Assembly (NCBI GenBank): GCA_964547105.1
Contig: CAZJLO010000001.1
Span: forward strand, 6,659-70,423
Source of the DNA: an uncultured Thermotogae bacterium
Lineage (GTDB): Bacteria; Bipolaricaulota; Bipolaricaulia; UBA7950; UBA9294
DNA: 63,765 nucleotides
Direction: 5' to 3'
The first letter of the stretch is position 1. Each line of letters opens with the position of its first letter. Of this stretch, positions 54,869 through 63,765 are shown in pieces. Below the pieces are notes generated by a model that did not search any database, had not been told where the DNA came from, and saw only the letters and a list, made by a program, of their open reading frames with translations. The translations under genes and the position numbers were made by a program.

Positions 54869-55843
54869 CTACAAGTGCGATTCCACTTCGACAAGAAGCT
54901 CTGCGGCGATTTTCCGGCACAAGCTGTTCATCAGCGGGTAGGTCTCACCGATGGGATCATCAAGGACACTCCTGAGGACGCGTGCGGCATCTTCCCATTG
55001 CTCGAGCGGGATCAAGTAGTACTCGACAAAGAACGTTCGGTTCTCGAAGTAATCAGCGCAGGCCGGATCAATCAAACCTTCGCAGTCGGCACAAAACGTC
55101 GGCTCATCGACAACTCGGCACAAATGCGCAAGGACTTGATCGTAGTCTTGACGCAGGCCACCGATCAGAATCGGCGAGATCGGATCGCTGGGAAGCCCCT
55201 GCCAGAAAGCGCCCAGCGACCGGTGCGCACCATAGCACATGTAGCTCTCGTCCAGATCCAGCATCCGTTCCACCATTGCCTTCGCCTTGGGCGGAATCCG
55301 TCCGGTCACGGCTGCCATGATGTCGAACTCGGCGACCCGTAGCCAGTTGGCCGACGCCCATTGCAGCGCAGCGATGTCCGACTCGGCCTCGACCGCGGCA
55401 ATGAAGCCATCCTGCTCTTCGAAGACGACAAACGATGGGTTCATCCGCAGGCTCTTGAATCCCCACTGTTTCCCGATCAGGAAGGTCTCCTCTTGGTTGG
55501 GAAGCCGCCGCAGGAAGACGTCAGCCAGCGTGTAGTAGGCCTGCGACAGTTTGTTCACCAGGTCCTTGTGTTCGGGGGCCACGGCAAGCGCGCCGACCTG
55601 CGCCTCGTTGGTCTCGTCAAGATAGTCAGGAACGCCAAGTACGGCGCGGATAGCGTTGATTGCCTGTTCAAGCTGTTCCTGTCCATCGGCGTCGAATGAG
55701 ACCATGATGTCGTCCCCGGCAGAGAACAAGCCGATCGCATCGTCAATCGACATCGTGGTTTGAGCGAGCGCCCCCACCGCTCCTCCGCCCACCAATCCGG
55801 CAACGATTGACAACTTCAGGATCCAGAGAGTTCTGTTTCGCAT
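54869..55843 (-). CDS. TatT-like exported TPR protein, copy A
   Basis: Signal peptide; clear paralogue of 53833-54774 (LSQAYYTLA, WG.KSLRMNP, DVAAL/DIAAL, YFENRTFF, IGETYPLMN). Confidence 0.6.
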   Translation of the reverse strand: MRNRTLWILKLSIVAGLVGGGAVGALAQTTMSIDDAIGLFSAGDDIMVSFDADGQEQLEQAINAIRAVLGVPDYLDETNEAQVGALAVAPEHKDLVNKLSQAYYTLADVFLRRLPNQEETFLIGKQWGFKSLRMNPSFVVFEEQDGFIAAVEAESDIAALQWASANWLRVAEFDIMAAVTGRIPPKAKAMVERMLDLDESYMCYGAHRSLGAFWQGLPSDPISPILIGGLRQDYDQVLAHLCRVVDEPTFCADCEGLIDPACADYFENRTFFVEYYLIPLEQWEDAARVLRSVLDDPIGETYPLMNSLCRKIAAELLVEVESHL

Positions 55844-55940
55844 GATTCCCCCCAATTCGAGTCGTGCTCGGGCGAAACTATAAGCGCACCGCAACACGAT
55901 GACCAATCGTTGGCTCTCTTTACGTGTGCACCATTTGAAG

Positions 55941-55969
55941 TTGGGGCCGGCTTTCGCCTGTGGTATAGT
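55941..55969 (+). promoter_or_regulatory. Sigma70 promoter for the ferredoxin gene
   Basis: TTGGGG-17 nt-TATAGT with extended TGn; strong SD AAGGAGG. Confidence 0.5.
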
Positions 55970-55999
55970 TCAACCATTCCAGGAGAAAAGGAGGCTGCC

Positions 56000-56182
56000 A
56001 TGGCAAATCCAGTTGTCGATGCCGATCTCTGTGTTGGTTGCGGACTCTGTGCCCAGGTGTGCTCGGATGTTTTCGAGATGGGAGCCGAGGGCGTAGCCGT
56101 AGTCATTGACGGCGCAAACCTGGACGCGGACTGCGTCCAGGACGCCGTCGACCAGTGCCCTGTCGGAGCGATTAGCGCCTGA
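56000..56182 (+). CDS. Monocluster [4Fe-4S] ferredoxin, 60 aa
   Basis: CVGCGLC...CP plus two extra Cys; SD AAGGAGG before ATG 56000. Confidence 0.92.
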   Translation: MANPVVDADLCVGCGLCAQVCSDVFEMGAEGVAVVIDGANLDADCVQDAVDQCPVGAISA

Positions 56183-56189
56183 TCAAGCT

Positions 56190-56222
56190 CGCGGAGGGCC
56201 CACGCGGCTCTCCGCGCTTTTT
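56190..56222 (+). terminator. Intrinsic terminator after ferredoxin
   Basis: CGCGGAGGGCC / GGCTCTCCGCG stem (one G-U), 5-nt loop, T5 tract. Confidence 0.75.
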
Positions 56223-56319
56223 CATCCGACGCGAAATCTTCTCTTCTTCTCAGGGTGTCTTGCGTTTCCGGCTCTTGTGGTCGGCAACGCTCCATGCTAG
56301 GATGCGGTGGTGAGAGCTG

Positions 56320-57219
56320 GTGAATCAACCGAAACTTGGGCTTGCCCTTGGGAGTGGAGGTGCGCGAGGTTCGGCGCACGTGGGAGTGCTTCGTATTCTC
56401 GAGCGGAATGGGATCCGCCCGGATGTGATCGCCGGATCGAGCATGGGAGCACAAGTCGGCGGCGCCTACGCAGCCGGCTTCCCGATCGATGATCTCGTGG
56501 CAGTCTGGCGTTCGATGAACGTCGGAAAAGTGGCGAAGACACTGCGGCCGACGATCCCTTGGTCCGGATGGAGTTCCGGAAGTCAGATCCTTCGAACTGT
56601 CAGGTCCATGGTCGGTGATCGATTGATCGAAGATCTCGACATCCCGTTTGCCGCCGTAGCGACGGATCTACAAAAGGGCGAGCCGTATGTAATCACGCAT
56701 GGTTCGCTGGCCGAAGCCATCCGCGCCAGTCTCTCCGTCCCCGGCCTGTTCACCCCCGTCTGGCTGGATGAGCGCCTTCTGATCGATGGTGGTGTGACGG
56801 ATCCGGTTCCTGTTTCCGTGGCAAGACAGCTCGGCGCGGACATCGTCATCGCGGTCGATGTTCTTGTCTGTCCCGAAGAAAGCAACCTCGGCGGCATCCC
56901 TGCATTGGAGCCGCGTGAGCGGATCCTCGGAATCCTCGGCGGGACATCCGCGCCGGCCGAAGACAGCCCACGCCGTTTCCATCCCAGCGTGTTCTCGGTG
57001 CTGTTCCAGATGTCCACCGTGTTCCAGAAGCAGGTCAGCTTACTGCAATTGATCCTTCAGCCCCCGGATGTCCTGATCCGCCCAGATTTCTCGCCGGATC
57101 CGCCGAACTACAGCGACGTCAAACAGGGAATTGAGGCTGGAGAACAAGCAGCTGTACGTGCTCTCCCGGAAATCCTGCGTGTTCTCGGACGCAATCCGAA
57201 GCGTCGCGCTGCAGCATGA
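56320..57219 (+). CDS. Patatin-like phospholipase (RssA-like)
   Basis: GSGGARG, GSSMG nucleophile, DGG. Confidence 0.92.
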   Translation: MNQPKLGLALGSGGARGSAHVGVLRILERNGIRPDVIAGSSMGAQVGGAYAAGFPIDDLVAVWRSMNVGKVAKTLRPTIPWSGWSSGSQILRTVRSMVGDRLIEDLDIPFAAVATDLQKGEPYVITHGSLAEAIRASLSVPGLFTPVWLDERLLIDGGVTDPVPVSVARQLGADIVIAVDVLVCPEESNLGGIPALEPRERILGILGGTSAPAEDSPRRFHPSVFSVLFQMSTVFQKQVSLLQLILQPPDVLIRPDFSPDPPNYSDVKQGIEAGEQAAVRALPEILRVLGRNPKRRAAA

Positions 57220-57233
57220 TCGGGGCAGCCTGA

Positions 57234-58115
57234 ATGGCCCGGCAGTCGCACCTTCATCTGTGGTTGATTCCGATTGGGCTCGTTGCCGTTTCGCTCGGTT
57301 CGATCTTCGTTCGATTGGCTGGCGAAGCACCGTCATTGGTCATCGCCGCGTGGCGGCTGGGGTGCGCTTCGCTCTTGCTCATCCCTGTCGCCATTCAGCG
57401 CCGAGCGTTCCGCGGGATCTCCCGTCGGGATGTGCTGCTCAGCATCGCCAGCGGCGGATTCCTCGCACTGCACTTCGCGTTCTGGATCCGTTCGCTCTCC
57501 ACCACATCGGTGGCAAGCTCAACCGTTCTCGTCAGCACAAGCCCGATCTTTGTCGCAATCGGTTCGTGGTTCCTCCTTCGAGAGAGGCTCTCTCGCCGAC
57601 AAGCCGCAGGAATCTCGTTGTCCATTGCTGGAAGCGTGATTGTCAGCCAAATCGATGTCGGCGGCGTCGCTCATCTCGGGGATCTCCTTGCATTGGGAGG
57701 AGCCGCTATGTCCGCCGCTTATCTCATCGTCGGCCGGGGCGTTCGCCAGCGTGTTTCGGTTCTTGCGTACATCACGTTGATGTACACAGCCGCCGCGGCC
57801 GTGTTGCTCTTTGGTTGTCTCCTATTTCAACAACCTCTCTTTGGCTACACGCAGAATACCACGCTGTATCTCATCCTTCTAGCCCTGGTTCCGCAGCTGA
57901 TCGGTCACAGCGTGTTCAACACACTGCTTGGCCGCTTTCGCGCATCCACGATCTCCGTTGTCTTGCTTGCCGAACCGATCGGAAGCTCCGCCTTGGCCTT
58001 TCTGATTCTCGGAGAGGGCGTCGCCCCATTGCAGGCGGTTGGAGGACTGCTCATACTGATAGGGATCTATGTGAGCGTGAGCAAGGAGGCCTCCCATGCA
58101 GCAGGGTTCGATTGA
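57234..58115 (+). CDS. DMT/EamA family transporter
   Basis: About 10 TM helices, two EamA repeats ('GFLALHFAFW..SL..TSVASS', 'GHSVFN', 'EPIGS'). Confidence 0.9.
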   Translation: MARQSHLHLWLIPIGLVAVSLGSIFVRLAGEAPSLVIAAWRLGCASLLLIPVAIQRRAFRGISRRDVLLSIASGGFLALHFAFWIRSLSTTSVASSTVLVSTSPIFVAIGSWFLLRERLSRRQAAGISLSIAGSVIVSQIDVGGVAHLGDLLALGGAAMSAAYLIVGRGVRQRVSVLAYITLMYTAAAAVLLFGCLLFQQPLFGYTQNTTLYLILLALVPQLIGHSVFNTLLGRFRASTISVVLLAEPIGSSALAFLILGEGVAPLQAVGGLLILIGIYVSVSKEASHAAGFD

Positions 58116-59334
58116 TGTCCGAGCCGGACACGCCAAGATCCTATGGGCGAGAAACCACATGCCGCTTCTCGGGCAACTCCGTCCCGAATTCATCCGTGAT
58201 CAGCCGTTTCGCCAATATCGCGTCGGGATGAGCATTCACCTTGAAGCCAAGACCGCCTGCCTGGCCATTCTTCTGCGCGATGGAGGGGCAGATGTCGCGG
58301 TGACGGGAAGCAATCCTCTGTCCACCCAGGATGATGTCGCCGCGGCGTTGGCCACCGAGGATCGGATTGATGTCTTCGCTCGTCACGGCGCCAGTGAGCA
58401 GCAGTACACAGATGATCTCTGCAGCGTTCTCCGCGCGGAGCCGGACCTCATTCTTGATGATGGAGGAGATCTGGTCGATCTGCTGCACGGCAGATTCGGA
58501 TTCGCCGTTCTCGGTGGCTGCGAGGAGACGACGACCGGTGTCGCTCGTCTGCGCGTTCGCAATCGAGAAGGGCGGCTGCGCTTCCCGATGATCGCGGTGA
58601 ATGATGCCCGCATGAAGTACCTGTTCGACAACCGCTATGGAACAGGCCAATCAACGTGGGATGCCATCATGCGATCGACAAACCTCGTTGTTGCCGGGAA
58701 ATCCGTGGTTGTCGTCGGCTATGGGTGGTGCGGCAAAGGGATTGCGCGTAGAGCCCGCGGCCTCGGAGGGCGTGTGACTGTTTGTGAGGTGGACCCGGTT
58801 CGCGCGGTCGAGGCGCTTATGGATGGCCACCATGTCGCCGCGGTGCGCGAAGCGATCGCAACGGCGAACGTGTTGATTACCGCGACCGGATGCATCGATG
58901 CTGTGCCCGGGGATGCACTCGAACAGGCAAATGATGGTCTGATTCTCGCCAACGCGGGACATTTCGATGTAGAGATCAGCAAGGCCGGTCTGACCGCGCT
59001 TGCCGAGGCAAGGGATGAGGTGCGCCCCGGCGTCGAAGCGTTTCGCTACGCGGATGGTCGAACCGTATATCTTCTCGGTGACGGACGTCTTGTCAACTTG
59101 GTTCTCGGTGACGGGCATCCGGCGGAGATCATGGACATCTCGTTCGCGGTCCAGGCGCTTGCGCTTCGTCACATCACGGAGAGCGATCTCTCACCTGGAC
59201 TTCATCGCGTTCCTGAAGCCATCGATCGTCGTGTCGCCGCGATGAAGCTTTCGTCCGAACAGGTTATGATCGATGTGCTGTCCGAACGACAACAAGTCTA
59301 CTTGGGGCTCCAATCCTGCTCAGAAGGGGAATGA
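58096..59334 (+). CDS. ahcY: Adenosylhomocysteinase
   Basis: HLEAKT, SNPLSTQDD, DDGGD, EETTTG, FDNRYGTG, GYGWCGKG, NAGHFDVE, GRLVNL, GHPAEIMDISF. Confidence 0.95.
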   Translation: MQQGSIDVRAGHAKILWARNHMPLLGQLRPEFIRDQPFRQYRVGMSIHLEAKTACLAILLRDGGADVAVTGSNPLSTQDDVAAALATEDRIDVFARHGASEQQYTDDLCSVLRAEPDLILDDGGDLVDLLHGRFGFAVLGGCEETTTGVARLRVRNREGRLRFPMIAVNDARMKYLFDNRYGTGQSTWDAIMRSTNLVVAGKSVVVVGYGWCGKGIARRARGLGGRVTVCEVDPVRAVEALMDGHHVAAVREAIATANVLITATGCIDAVPGDALEQANDGLILANAGHFDVEISKAGLTALAEARDEVRPGVEAFRYADGRTVYLLGDGRLVNLVLGDGHPAEIMDISFAVQALALRHITESDLSPGLHRVPEAIDRRVAAMKLSSEQVMIDVLSERQQVYLGLQSCSEGE

Positions 59335-59380
59335 GTCCCAAGGATGTGAATCGAACAAGACACAAGCGGGGTGAGATCTC

Positions 59381-60538
59381 TTGAAAAGGCGAGCTCAATC
59401 GACGTGGCTGGTGTTGGCGGGGATTGCAGTCGGAGTTGCAGCCATGTCACTGCTTGGCGCCCAGAGTTCTTCATCGAGTCTATTCGCGCCGCTTTCCCAG
59501 ATTTACCAGTACGTGCAGAGCTACTTCTACCAGCCGGAGCGAATCGATGATCAGGAAGCCGTATACGGCGCTCTTCGCGGGATGATCGAGATCCTCGACG
59601 ATCCCTACAGCGAGTACCTGGACCCGGAAGCGTACGAGCAATTCAATCAGAGCATTGAAGGCGAGTTCAGTGGGGTCGGAATCGAGATCACCATTAAGGA
59701 TGATGTGGTTACGGTCATCACGCCTCTTGTGGGAACGCCGGCTGAGGCGGCCGGAATGCGTGCCGGAGACCGGATCTTGGCAATCGACGGGGAATCCACG
59801 GAAGGAATGTCCCTGACCGAAGCCTCGGTGCGAATCCGCGGCGAGATCGGCTCATCCGTGACATTGTCCGTGCTCCATGCAGACGACACGCCAGAAGATA
59901 TTCTGATCGTCCGGGACTTGATTGTCATCGCGCCGCTGTACCTGGAATTGCTTGAAGAAGATACGATCCTCTACATCCAACTGTCCCGTTTCGATTCCAC
60001 GGTGTCCTATGATCTCGAAGAGGAACTCGATTCCTACGACCTCGCATCGCTGGATGGATTGATCCTTGACTTGCGCTACAACCCCGGCGGGCTGTTGTCA
60101 GCGGCGATCTCCGTATCCAGCCTGTTTGTCGACCGCGGCCAGCTGATCGTAACTACCGAGAGTCGAATCTCGGGAGAACAGAAGTACAGCTCGATCGGCA
60201 ACACGATCCCCAACATTCCTCTTGCCGTCTTGATCAACGCGGGAACGGCGAGTTCGGCGGAGATCACCGCCGGCGCGATCCGCGATCAGGAGATGGGAGT
60301 TCTCATCGGAGCGAAGAGCTTCGGCAAAGGGGTAGTGCAACGAGTGTTCGACTTCTCGGATGGTTCCGCCCTCAAGCTGACGACAGCGGAGTATCTGACC
60401 CCCAGTGGACAAGCTGTTGACGGAGTCGGGCTGACCCCCGACATCGAAGCCGCCGAAGACGAGGACCCGGTCGACCTGGCAATTGAGTGGATCACCGCTC
60501 ATGCCGGCACACGAACCCCGTTCTCGATGGATTTCTAG
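59381..60538 (+). CDS. S41 C-terminal processing peptidase (CtpA)
   Basis: N-terminal TM, DPYSEY, PDZ (GVGIEI), DLRYNPGG, TASSAE (Ser), KSFGKG (Lys). Confidence 0.92.
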   Translation: MKRRAQSTWLVLAGIAVGVAAMSLLGAQSSSSSLFAPLSQIYQYVQSYFYQPERIDDQEAVYGALRGMIEILDDPYSEYLDPEAYEQFNQSIEGEFSGVGIEITIKDDVVTVITPLVGTPAEAAGMRAGDRILAIDGESTEGMSLTEASVRIRGEIGSSVTLSVLHADDTPEDILIVRDLIVIAPLYLELLEEDTILYIQLSRFDSTVSYDLEEELDSYDLASLDGLILDLRYNPGGLLSAAISVSSLFVDRGQLIVTTESRISGEQKYSSIGNTIPNIPLAVLINAGTASSAEITAGAIRDQEMGVLIGAKSFGKGVVQRVFDFSDGSALKLTTAEYLTPSGQAVDGVGLTPDIEAAEDEDPVDLAIEWITAHAGTRTPFSMDF

Positions 60539-60544
60539 GAAAAC

Positions 60545-61534
60545 GTGAGATTCGCAGTCATCGGAGCCGGTAGTTGGGGAACAGCGTTTGCGCGGCTGTT
60601 GTCGCGCCATGGACATGTTGTGCGCTTGTGGGCAAGGCACACAACGCTCGCCGATCAGATAGTTGCCCGACATGAGAACGCCAAGTACCTCCCCGGCGTA
60701 ACCCTGCCCGAGAACCTGGAGATCACCACGGACCTCAGTGTCGTTCAACAGGTCGATGCGGTGGTTCTCGCCATTCCGTCCAAGGCAATGCGAGGCATTG
60801 TTGGGCAAATCGCTGAGTTCGGGCCGATCAGTGCTCCGATGATCAGCCTTGCTAAGGGTCTTGATCGCCAACAGAAGATGAGAATGTCCGAGTTGATCGG
60901 GGAGCTCACCGGGAACCAGCAAGTCTTTGCGCTATCGGGACCAAGCCATGCCGAAGAGGTCGGACGTGATTGCCCGACCGCGGTCGTTCTCGCCGGGACG
61001 GATGAACGTTGTGGCGAGCAGCTTCAGCGAGAACTCTCCACCTCTCGCTTTCGCGTTTATCTCTCGGATGACGTCATCGGCGTCGAGCTTTGCGCCACAA
61101 TCAAGAACGTCATCGCCCTTGCCACCGGCGCTTCGGATGGCCTCGGGTACGGTGACAATACCCGGGCCGCCCTCATCACCCGAGGACTGGCGGAAATGGC
61201 GCGCTTCGGGCACGTCTTCGGCGTCCAATCCAAGACATTGTTCGGCCTATCCGGCCTCGGAGATCTGGTCGCAACATGCACGAGCCCCCACAGCCGCAAT
61301 CGCGCCGTCGGTGAACGCCTCGGACGAGGAGAATCGCTGGATTGCATCCTTGCGGAAATGACAATGGTCGCCGAAGGAATCTATGCCGCCGAGATCATCC
61401 ACGATCTTGCCAAGGACCGAGAAATCGACATGCCGATCTCCAATGCCGTATATCGCCTCCTGTACGAGGAAACAGAAGCGGCGAGATTGGTGGATGAAAT
61501 GATGACCCGTTCGCCCAAACGCGAGGGCACATGA
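60545..61534 (+). CDS. gpsA: NAD(P)H-dependent glycerol-3-phosphate dehydrogenase
   Basis: GAGSWGTA, SGPSHA, KNVIA, GDNTRAALITRGL, GLGDLVATCTS..SRN, AEG. Confidence 0.95.
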   Translation: MRFAVIGAGSWGTAFARLLSRHGHVVRLWARHTTLADQIVARHENAKYLPGVTLPENLEITTDLSVVQQVDAVVLAIPSKAMRGIVGQIAEFGPISAPMISLAKGLDRQQKMRMSELIGELTGNQQVFALSGPSHAEEVGRDCPTAVVLAGTDERCGEQLQRELSTSRFRVYLSDDVIGVELCATIKNVIALATGASDGLGYGDNTRAALITRGLAEMARFGHVFGVQSKTLFGLSGLGDLVATCTSPHSRNRAVGERLGRGESLDCILAEMTMVAEGIYAAEIIHDLAKDREIDMPISNAVYRLLYEETEAARLVDEMMTRSPKREGT

Positions 61535-62787
61535 ACCGGGGCCCGAACTCGGATTCGAGATTTGATGTGATTGTCGTCGGTGGAGGGCCGGCAGGGCTGA
61601 CAGCAGCCCGTCATGCACGCAGAGAAGGGGCAACCGTGCTTGTACTCGAGCAGCATGGACAGGCCGGCGATGCTGCGCGATGTGCCGGCTTGATCAGTCT
61701 GCAGACGATCGAAGCGTTAGAACCCTCCTCCTTTGAAGCCCTCCGTTCATTTCGACACGCTTGGCTTGTCGGGCCCGCCGGCCACCGTGTCAAACTCCAC
61801 GCCGATGAGACCAAGGCGATCGTCATTGATCGAGCACGGCTCAACCGTCAACTGGCCACGGACGCAATCGAAGAGGGGGTCATCCTCCGCACTCGATCCC
61901 GCGTCGTCTCCTGGCAACAGGGCACCACACTCGTTCTGGATCGTGACAGCCATACCACGAAGCGCTTTCACGGGGCTGTCACCATCGCCGCCGACGGCCC
62001 GTCGAGCCGCATCGCCGCATGGGCGGGGCTGGCCCCTCCAGCGGATCGATTATTCGTGCAGCAAGCCGTTCTTACGTCGCTTGAATCTCCCGCCAACGAG
62101 ATCGAGATCTTTCTCGGCCGGCGGGTGGCACCCGGGTTCTTCGCCTGGGCGATCCCTGCGGAACAAGAGACCGTGCGCCTCGGGTTGGCAACACCGGATG
62201 CAACCGCGGTGCTTCCCTGCTTTCGCCGGCTTCTTCGTCTCTATCCGGGGCAACTTGTCCCCGCTTCTCGGGTTGGAGGAACCATCCCCATTGACATCGC
62301 ACCTCGTACCGTCGCGCCTGGGGTTCTGCTGGTCGGCGACGCTGCCGGTCAGGTTAAGCCCCTGTCGGGGGGAGGACTCTTCGTTGGTGCCTGCTGCGCA
62401 CGAATCGCAGGACGAGTCGCCGCGCGCGCCGCACAAGCCGGATCACCGGAACTGCGGGACCACGAATTATCATCGTACGAAACATCATGGAGGAAGCAGT
62501 TCGGATCAGAATTGCGCTTCGGCCGAAACGCTCACCGGATCCGGCAGCGACTGTCCGACCGTCAAATCGATAGCATTCTCGCCCTTCTTGATGGACCCGC
62601 CATTCAACGCGTGATCGGCCAGGAGGGAGATATTGACTACCCGAGCCGAGTATTCGATGCTCTGACCCGGCGCTGGGACCTTTGGCCCGGAATCGCGCGA
62701 CGTCTGGCCCCGCTTCTCGGAGATGTCGCCTTGCGGCGGCTGCTGCATGATGCCGACGATGTCGCCAAGTTCACATCTGGCTTATAA
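61531..62787 (+). CDS. Geranylgeranyl reductase family flavoprotein
   Basis: VGGGPAG, RCAG, AADG, FAWAIP, GDAAGQVKPLSGGG; ATGA overlap with gpsA. Confidence 0.85.
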   Translation: MNRGPNSDSRFDVIVVGGGPAGLTAARHARREGATVLVLEQHGQAGDAARCAGLISLQTIEALEPSSFEALRSFRHAWLVGPAGHRVKLHADETKAIVIDRARLNRQLATDAIEEGVILRTRSRVVSWQQGTTLVLDRDSHTTKRFHGAVTIAADGPSSRIAAWAGLAPPADRLFVQQAVLTSLESPANEIEIFLGRRVAPGFFAWAIPAEQETVRLGLATPDATAVLPCFRRLLRLYPGQLVPASRVGGTIPIDIAPRTVAPGVLLVGDAAGQVKPLSGGGLFVGACCARIAGRVAARAAQAGSPELRDHELSSYETSWRKQFGSELRFGRNAHRIRQRLSDRQIDSILALLDGPAIQRVIGQEGDIDYPSRVFDALTRRWDLWPGIARRLAPLLGDVALRRLLHDADDVAKFTSGL

Positions 62788-62797
62788 TCCTTCTGAG

Positions 62798-63765
62798 ATG
62801 ACGCTGCCAAGTATCCCCAAGTCGAAGCCACGTGAGGAGTCGTCGGCACCGATACGTCAGCCGCGCTGCCTGTTGTTTGCGTTTGCGGTGCTTTGTTTTG
62901 CGGTGCCTCTCTTTGTCTGGCCGACGGCGTCCGAGTACGGCTACACGAAATCCGTCCTTGCCCTCGTCAGCGTCGGTCTCTTCTATGCGGCGTGGGGAAT
63001 CCTTGCCTGGAAGCGGGGAACATGGGCGGTTCGCGTACCTCGACTGATGTTCCCGTTTGCGCTGTTGGTCGGCTCTGCTTTGCTGTCGCTGCTCAATGCG
63101 ACCAATGCCTCCGTCGTGCTGCAGAGCGTCGCCTTGATGCTCTGCTTCGGCGGGGTATTCTTCTTGGCCAGCAATCTCGCGCAACACCCGCGCGATGTTA
63201 CGGTGATTCTCTTCTCTTTGCTCGCCGCTGGCACGCTGGCAGCCATCTATGGCCTTCTCCAATACGGTGGCGTAGTTCCCGGTGGCCCCGGGAACAGCCC
63301 GCTCGATCCCGTCATCTCCACCATGGGGAACCGCAACTACCTCGGAGGGTATCTCGCCTACCTCCTGCTACCGAGCATCATGCTTCTGATCCGATTGCGA
63401 TCACGCTTCTTGCGGACGCTTTCGCTCATCATGATTGCCACTTGCTTTGGCGTCGTCCTGTTCGTTGATCAGACAGGAACCATGGTCGCGCTGTCGGTCG
63501 CTGTCGTCTTTCTCGCCGCCGCATGGGCGATTTTCCGTCCCGTGGCCCCGATTGCATCCAGCCGCCGCTGGTTGATCGCCCTTGTCCTATCGGCAACAGT
63601 GGTTGGGTTGTTCGCCGCTCCTTCCGGGCCGTTAAATTCCGTCGTCGTGCTATCCGATGATGGAAACACTTGGTTTTCCGACCTCTGGGCGAGAAGCTCG
63701 GGGCAAACGCGGTCCGACGATCGGTGGGTCGCCCTGGAGATGTTCAAGGATCACCCCGTTGTCGG
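62798..63765 (+). CDS. O-antigen ligase (WaaL/Wzy_C)-like polytopic membrane protein, runs off window edge
   Basis: Not in ORF track (no stop in window); hand translation from ATG 62798 gives many TM helices, 'IYGLLQY', 'STMGNRNYLGGYL', 'R...W..ALEMFKDHPVVG'. Confidence 0.75.
   Translation, partial: MTLPSIPKSKPREESSAPIRQPRCLLFAFAVLCFAVPLFVWPTASEYGYTKSVLALVSVGLFYAAWGILAWKRGTWAVRVPRLMFPFALLVGSALLSLLNATNASVVLQSVALMLCFGGVFFLASNLAQHPRDVTVILFSLLAAGTLAAIYGLLQYGGVVPGGPGNSPLDPVISTMGNRNYLGGYLAYLLLPSIMLLIRLRSRFLRTLSLIMIATCFGVVLFVDQTGTMVALSVAVVFLAAAWAIFRPVAPIASSRRWLIALVLSATVVGLFAAPSGPLNSVVVLSDDGNTWFSDLWARSSGQTRSDDRWVALEMFKDHPVV

Noticed and set aside
1-63765. Mobile elements, prophage, defence systems, CRISPR, rRNA and tRNA
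   Set aside because: No transposase, integrase, phage, cas, toxin-antitoxin or structural-RNA signatures recognised by eye; a covariance-model scan would be needed to exclude small RNAs

Overview
A 63.8-kb, GC-rich, gene-dense chromosomal window from what looks like an anaerobic bacterium. The mix of bacterial housekeeping genes, archaeal-like accessory genes and an outer-membrane-type protein suggests Bipolaricaulota (Acetothermia/OP1), but this is inference only. I found no transposase, integrase, prophage, CRISPR array, tRNA or rRNA. Housekeeping content: pdxST, gap, comF, dnaG-rpoD-miaA-nnr-tatD, pckA, lpdA, dinB, rpsT-secF-recJ, yidC-jag-mnmE, ribE-ribBA-ribH, ahcY, ctpA, gpsA. Best candidate for an uncharacterised system: the 6.1-14.3 kb cluster. 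It holds two exported gamma-glutamyltransferases (one lacking the lid loop, one with a remodelled pocket), a DUF6305 protein, two exported/anchored M14-type Zn hydrolases, a DctM-like permease with no DctP/DctQ, and an unannotated 47-aa membrane microprotein. This reads as an extracellular gamma-glutamyl or poly-gamma-glutamate scavenging and uptake module. It sits directly behind a HOGA-aldolase/alanine:glyoxylate aminotransferase pair. Other highlights: a Bfu/NfnABC-like electron-bifurcating complex with a coupled Asp/Glu racemase; a c-di-GMP-I riboswitch abutting a subtilase start codon; a probable AUU start for rpsT; candidate leaderless mRNAs; an in-frame palindromic repeat in comF; tandem orphan TatT-like proteins with a Cys motif; a YhbD-bactofilin pair; and two unexplained intergenic regions. 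All product calls come from motif recognition by eye; no database searches were run.
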